In this document: positions 59,536 through 64,000 of the stretch, one piece after another
Layout of the letters: each line of letters begins with the position of its first letter
Position numbering within the stretch: the first letter of the stretch is position 1
From: Phoronis australis
Lineage: Eukaryota > Animalia > Phoronida
Reading direction: 5' to 3'
Assembly: GCA_002633005.1 (NCBI GenBank)
Contig: NMRA01000459.1
Coordinates: 171,047-235,046, forward strand
DNA: 64,000 nucleotides
Notes under the pieces: model-generated
Told to the model about the DNA's origin: nothing
The model's database searches: none
What the model saw: only the letters and a program-made list of their open reading frames with translations
Position numbers and translations under genes: made by a program

Positions 59536-62500
59536 ATGATGAATCCGGGAAGTAGTGAATGGCATTGTTGCAATGGAAGTTCTGCTTATGATCTAGGTGA
59601 CCTTGGTGTGTTCCCTTCACACATCCCTATAGCACATCAGCAGGTGTACATTTCACCGATAGGCTCCTTGTTTCATGAGAGTTCTGAAGAGCAAGCAGCA
59701 TACAAGGAGAACCATGACTTGTCGGATTTACCAATTGATTACTCCCTCAGCACTGGGTCAAGGTCAGAAGAGAAAGGACAGTTCAGTGGGTTGTTTGCAA
59801 CATCTGGTTCTAGTGGGCACATGCCACTTTCTGACCCATATTTGAACTGTCACAGTATTTCTCAGAGCAGTGGGTCATATTTGACAACTCCTGTGCTTCG
59901 TACCAATAGCTTCAGTGGAGTTGGCAAGGAGGATTCATTGAATAGCGCACCACTGTTTCAAGATGTAGAGTTCCATTCTAGAGGTGATTTGTATTCACAT
60001 AGAGCCAGAACAAACTCAAGTTACGCTGCATTTATGCCGCAATCTTCAGGCCAGTACGTCTCGCAAGAATTATCAGGAAACTCTCATTCCAGTTTAATCA
60101 GAAATCAACCTGTTGCCCTGGATGAGTCAGTGAACACATCTGTGACTAAATGGAATCCCAGTGATGCTGTACTTAGTAGCAGCAGAAGAAATTACGTTGA
60201 TGGATATGTAACGCATATCAAGGCCGAGTCGAACTTGAATGAGGAGAGAATGACTGTGTCACTGGGAAATAGCAAAGACAGTTATTTGAATCTCAACCAT
60301 GCTATCAATTGTAGCCCTCAGTTCAGTTTACCCAGTCAAGGGATGGATAGCAGTGGATTATTCAGGAATACCCAAGCACCAAATGACAAGCATTATTGTT
60401 CTAAGTTAACAAAGTCCCCTGTAAAAAAATTCAAAGCTGACCACAGCACTAACAGTTTTAACCCAAATCTCTATCAGAGTCCAGTTTTTAGCGACTCTCT
60501 TACGCAGGCAGAGAAGTTTCTTATGGTTGAAAAAGCACAGTCGGAGGCGTTAATGAAACTGTCTTATCCTACGCCAATAACTCATGTTTATAACCCACTG
60601 GATTATGCATGGGAGCCCCATTCAAACTATGTGACCAAGTATTGTCAGACAGATAAAAGGGTGCTGTTTCTTGGTATGAATCCTGGGCCCTTTGGCATGG
60701 CTCAGAATGGGGTAAGCTACATGTATTCACTGTTGTTTGATGTAGTTGGGGTCCAGTCAAATATGAGTGACTATTAATTAAGCGTGCGCTTAATTTGCTG
60801 CCGCTTATTTTGCTGATTTAAACAATTGCAAAGAAATAAGTGTACATTACAAATGCGGAAACAATGTTAAAACCTTGTACTGCATATTTTCTTTTGATTT
60901 ATTTTTTATTTATTTCTTTGAGATAACAAAATTTGATAAAATTTTTCAGACATCTAGTTTGCAGGATTATTCAGTTATGGTTGCCTCGTTATTACATGTA
61001 GGTGCTTTATTATTACATAGGTGCCTTGTTATTACATGCAAGTGCCTCGTTATTACATGTAGGTGCCATTTGGGGAAACTGAATGTGTGAGAGACTGGCT
61101 CAAAATTACTGGAACTGTGAACAGGCCAGCCAACGAACATCCCAGAAGACCAATAACTGGACTTCACTGCTCAAGGAGAGAGGTGGGTTAGATCTATCCG
61201 TTCAGTTGTCTATAATATCACAGTGTGTCAGGTGATGATGTCACAAGAGCACGTGCAGGAAGCATTTCAAGTAGAGTACAGTGCATTAAAATAAACTTAA
61301 AAAAGTCAAAACTGAGTGAAGCTTTGATGCCTAAAAATGCAACTAAAGATCATTTCTTTTCTCCCAGAATCCATTTGAATTGTGGCTAAATCTTGACGAA
61401 ATCTTAGGTATTGTTCCATGCATAAATAAACAATTTGCAACTAGGCACAATGACATCTTTATTAAACTCTGCTTAAAATTGGACACAAATGCTATTTTGT
61501 TGTGGTAATAGCTTGAAGAAACTGTCAAATTATTCTGGCAAGAAGTTTGTTAAAGTTTGGCAGAATTTGACAAAGTTCCATTTTGAAACCTCTGTTCACA
61601 CCAAAACAAATTGGACAAAATGTCCCAGAATTTATCATGGCAACTGAGCAAGGTCGTGTGAAATTCAATGTCATTTGTTTGTGTCCATTACAACAGCGGA
61701 TGACAGGTTATGAAGGATGGTATCAGATCACGAGAAGGGATTTAATCCTGAACAATGAGTCATAATGGGCCATGACTTCTTATTCCTGCAAGTGGAATGG
61801 TAATGGTGGGATATATTGTTCCCACATTTTTAAAACCAGTTGCTCAACTAAATTTCAGGCATCAAACTGGTTTTCAAGATGTGGGAATGTTACACTTTCA
61901 TAATCATCTTGTTTGGATTGTCTCCCTTGGTCACATCTTGTTTGGATTGTCTCCCTTGGTCACTTCTTGTTTGGATTGTCTCCCTTGGTCACATCTTGTT
62001 TGGATTGTCTTCTTTGGTCAGAAGTTGTTCAAAACAGTTTTTGTCTTTCATTTTTCATCATTGTTACAGTATTTAGTTACCTATTGTACACTGTCCCTTG
62101 GTAGAGGGGGCAGTGTGGCCTAGTGGAATAAATGTGCGTCTCCTTTACTGAGGCCATCTGGTAGACTGTTGAGTAAGGTCTCTAACTCCTCAGTTCAGTT
62201 TTATCTAATAATATAGCATAAAAATTGCGTTACAATGGAACACCTGTGTGACCTGTACAGTGTACATGTACAACGTGTACCAGGCCTCCTGCAAGTTTTT
62301 TATGCCCATGTTGTTATTCATAATTACGGCAAATAGCAAATTCTAGTTTAAGCTACCTTTACTACAGAAAGAATCGGTTAGTTTCAAATTGGATAATTAA
62401 CTTTCTTGTAAGGGTGCATTTTACTCTGTTTAGCTGGCTAAGAAAATCGAATTAGGTCAGACTCTTGTAAAATCAGTCTCAAAATATTCCGTGCCATGAT

Positions 62501-63334
62501 AGGATTCTATTTCATTGCCAACAAGAATATCAAGACCATCAGAGACCCAAGAAAACACTTCAGAGTTTATTGTGTTTGACCAACTATGAAACTCTAAATT
62601 CAAAAATGGGACAAGATGTGCCTATTGCCTGTCACTTGTGTTGTAAGCTCATATTCAGCAACCATTCAAGATTGGATGAGCATTAATTGTAATGTTTTTA
62701 AACTCCAAAGTGCTTTGGTTAAAAAATATTATACAACTTTGACAGCTAAGCAGGGGGAAAATGCAGCTTTAATAATTTTTGTCTATGAGATCATTGGTCT
62801 GACAATGGCTGTGGCTCTTTTGTGCACCATTAATTGTGACCAAACATTTAAGTGAATCTCAGAAAGAGCCTGATCTGCATTACTTGTTGTTTTCAGGTGA
62901 GTGGGTCTAGATTTTGGGGATTTTGGAAGAAGATGTGTGGAAGTCCTGAGAACTTCTTCCGTTGTTGCTTTGTTCACAACATCTGTCCACTCGTTTTCAT
63001 GTCGCTGTCGGGCAAAAACGTTACCCCTCCTCAGATACCCATAGCCACACGGCGGCAGATCAACTCCATCAGTGATCAGGCACTGCGTGATGTCGTGAGA
63101 ATTCTAGGTGTGAAAGTGGTTGTTGGTATTGGGAAATTTGCCGAAGAAAGAGCCAGGTATGCACTGGGCAGTTTGGATGAATCTGTAAGTGTACGGGTGG
63201 AGGTTATTATGCATCCGAGTCCCTGCAATCCCATGGCGAATAAAGGCTGGGAAGCAATTGTCATGAAGCAGTTGGATGAACGTGGATTGTTGGATTGCAT
63301 TGGAAGTGACTTGTTTATGAATAAGTTGGTTTAG
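59536..63334 (+). CDS. SMUG1: Single-strand-selective monofunctional uracil-DNA glycosylase with long N-terminal extension, about 577 aa, 3 coding exons
   Basis: Exons 59536-60711, 61063-61182 and 62897-63334 (1734 nt, GT-AG, phase 0). Family motifs VYNPLDYAWEPH, LFLGMNPGPFGMAQNG|VPFG, EHP, E|VSGSRFW, HNICPL and HPSPCNP. An acceptor at 59524 precedes the ATG. Confidence 0.95.
60982..61067 (+). repeat. Tandem ~21-bp repeat (4 copies) overlapping the acceptor of SMUG1 coding exon 2
   Basis: tgcctcgttattacatgtagg-like units at 60982, 61003, 61022 and 61043. Confidence 0.9.
61905..62020. repeat. 29-bp minisatellite, 4 copies
   Basis: catcttgtttggattgtctcccttggtca x4 in a SMUG1 intron. Confidence 0.97.
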
Positions 63335-64000
63335 ACCTGTATGGCATTTCATATCCAGACTGTGGGTGTGTCGTTAAGCAATACAGTCATGTACCTGCTG
63401 TGTCCATCAAAAATGCTACCCCATTTTTTTGTTTTGTAGACTTGAGGACAATGTAACATGCATTGACATTAAAGGATCATGTTGTATCTGAGGTACGAGT
63501 GTCTGCAATATGTAGTCTCACCTCACCAGATCTTCCAATAACTACTCTTCAGTTTGGCTCGATGAACTTCAAAAAATGCCCAAGTCTGAACTAAGCTTTG
63601 CTGTATGGTTTAATTCATCTACTTGATCATTCAGATAATTAAATTTCACCTTACTGGCTAGATAAAATCTCCCGTACCTGTTGGATCTGACTGATGCAAG
63701 TTTATGTGCGTTTAGTACAACAATGTGTGTCATCTCTGTACAAAGCAAGACTTCAAGTATCGGTGTGGAGACTGGTCACATGGGACTGGATAATAGTGAC
63801 CTCTAGAGGTTGGGGAAGCAATTTTATTTTTTGATCAAAACACATCATGTCCAATCACATATTAAATTGTGAAAGGATTTTTTCTCAAAGTCAGACATGT
63901 TCCTCGGCCACCCGCTGTGCAGAAGTACCTTCTGGTGCAGTCAGGTGGTGTCAGAGCTGCTAGTCCCATGTTGTTAGTCCAGATTGTTTCCTGAAAGTTT

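Noticed and set aside
61797-62123. Hydrophobic repetitive ORFs in a SMUG1 intron
   Set aside because: They are products of the 29-bp minisatellite.
16969-63334. Treating the whole gene set as an operon-like pathway
   Set aside because: The genes lie on mixed strands with long transposon-filled spacers, and SMUG1 and ENPP have unrelated functions. Only the ASIC and PY-protein link is kept, as a hypothesis.

Overview
AT-rich, intron-containing animal DNA, most like a marine invertebrate; the species cannot be fixed from sequence alone. It has one sized gap (12391-13122) and three single-N joins. Six protein-coding genes can be built by hand: a 7-exon acid-sensing ion channel (ASIC, +), two diverged paralogous 2-TM proteins with C-terminal PPxY motifs (+), a 3-exon orphan type I membrane glycoprotein (-), a 5-exon ENPP4/5-like ecto-phosphodiesterase with a GC-AG intron (-), and a SMUG1 uracil-DNA glycosylase with a ~320-aa N-terminal extension (+). 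Intergenic and intronic DNA holds decayed transposons: Penelope remnants with hammerhead-like motifs, Kolobok (THAP plus KolX), Academ, Harbinger-type MITEs, L1/Tx1 and CR1/L2 LINEs, an Ngaro/DIRS fragment and a tRNA-derived SINE head, plus minisatellites. The best novelty candidates are the 2-TM/PY-motif pair beside the PY-less ASIC, the orphan glycoprotein, the extended SMUG1 and the variant hammerheads. All family calls are motif recognition by eye; no searches were run.
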